Virus record (IMG/VR): IMGVR_UViG_3300024261_000038
Coordinates: 1 to 55,662 of that record
Length of the DNA: 55,662 bases
From: a virus
Taxonomy: Duplodnaviria > Caudoviricetes
Strand: one strand, 5' to 3'
The stretch's first letter is position 1. Each line of letters opens with the position of its first letter. Below are positions 55,494 through 55,662 of the stretch, piece by piece. Made by a program: the position numbers and the translations under genes. The notes under the pieces are model-generated. The model did not search any database. It had not been told where the DNA came from and saw nothing but the letters and a program-made list of their open reading frames with translations.

Positions 55494-55662
55494 GATTGCC
55501 AGTAATCTCCACCAGCCGCGCTGTTCAGGCAGGTTAAGTACTCAGACTCTGACAGTCCCATCTCGCTGGTCAGGAAGCTGTGCTTATCTCCTTGGAGCCC
55601 GAACTTTGGGTCCTTCAGGTACTGGACCGCCTTATCCAGGATCACGTGGCGCTCGCTGCCAC
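55490..55662 (-). CDS. Partial GC-rich hypothetical gene (start lies beyond the window)
   Basis: Open minus frame ...GSERHVILDKAVQYLKDPKFG...AAGGDYWQS*; mostly G/C-ending codons. Confidence 0.55.
   Translation of the reverse strand, partial: GSERHVILDKAVQYLKDPKFGLQGDKHSFLTSEMGLSESEYLTCLNSAAGGDYWQS

Noticed and set aside
1-55662. Stop-codon reassignment, tRNA genes, integrase/att site, diversity-generating retroelement
   Set aside because: The standard code gives dense, coupled, full-length genes; I recognised no cloverleaf, recombinase or reverse transcriptase by eye (a tRNAscan/HMM search would confirm)
55500-55662. GC-rich right end as a structured ncRNA
   Set aside because: Better explained by an open minus-strand reading frame coupled to the next gene

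Overview
The window is most of an AT-rich, tailed dsDNA phage genome. Gene content and order resemble the podovirus-like marine SAR11 (Pelagibacter) phages of the HTVC023P type; that host and lineage assignment is inference from recalled gene content, not a search result. Layout: 1-4.6 kb large modular virion-associated proteins; 4.6-19.6 kb portal, holin, GroES, scaffold, major capsid, neck and tail-fibre genes; 19.6-24.2 kb a variable island with an inverted cassette of 2OG-Fe(II) oxygenases and a flavin-dependent halogenase; 24.2-36.2 kb tail, ejection proteins and an M15 peptidase; 36.2-45.2 kb replication (SNF2 helicase, SSB-like, primase, UvrD, family A polymerase); 45-55.6 kb small genes, free-standing endonucleases, terminase small subunit and a GC-rich end. 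No terminase large subunit, integrase, tRNA or CRISPR was seen. Most interesting observations: (1) a recurring, often tandem [YFLMK]-[AK]-x-G-G motif that divides six virion-region proteins into modules, one of them beta-barrel-like, alongside a tape-measure-type 'EFV' domain, suggesting an undescribed polyprotein processing or cargo-targeting system; (2) a strand-polarised 7-bp-period DNA motif written into coding sequence across the genome and expanded into two arrays near terS; (3) a promoter-coupled double-pseudoknot 5' leader that can sequester a Shine-Dalgarno sequence; (4) a multi-stem intergenic ncRNA candidate; (5) several leaderless promoters and a shared ATCCTATA box.
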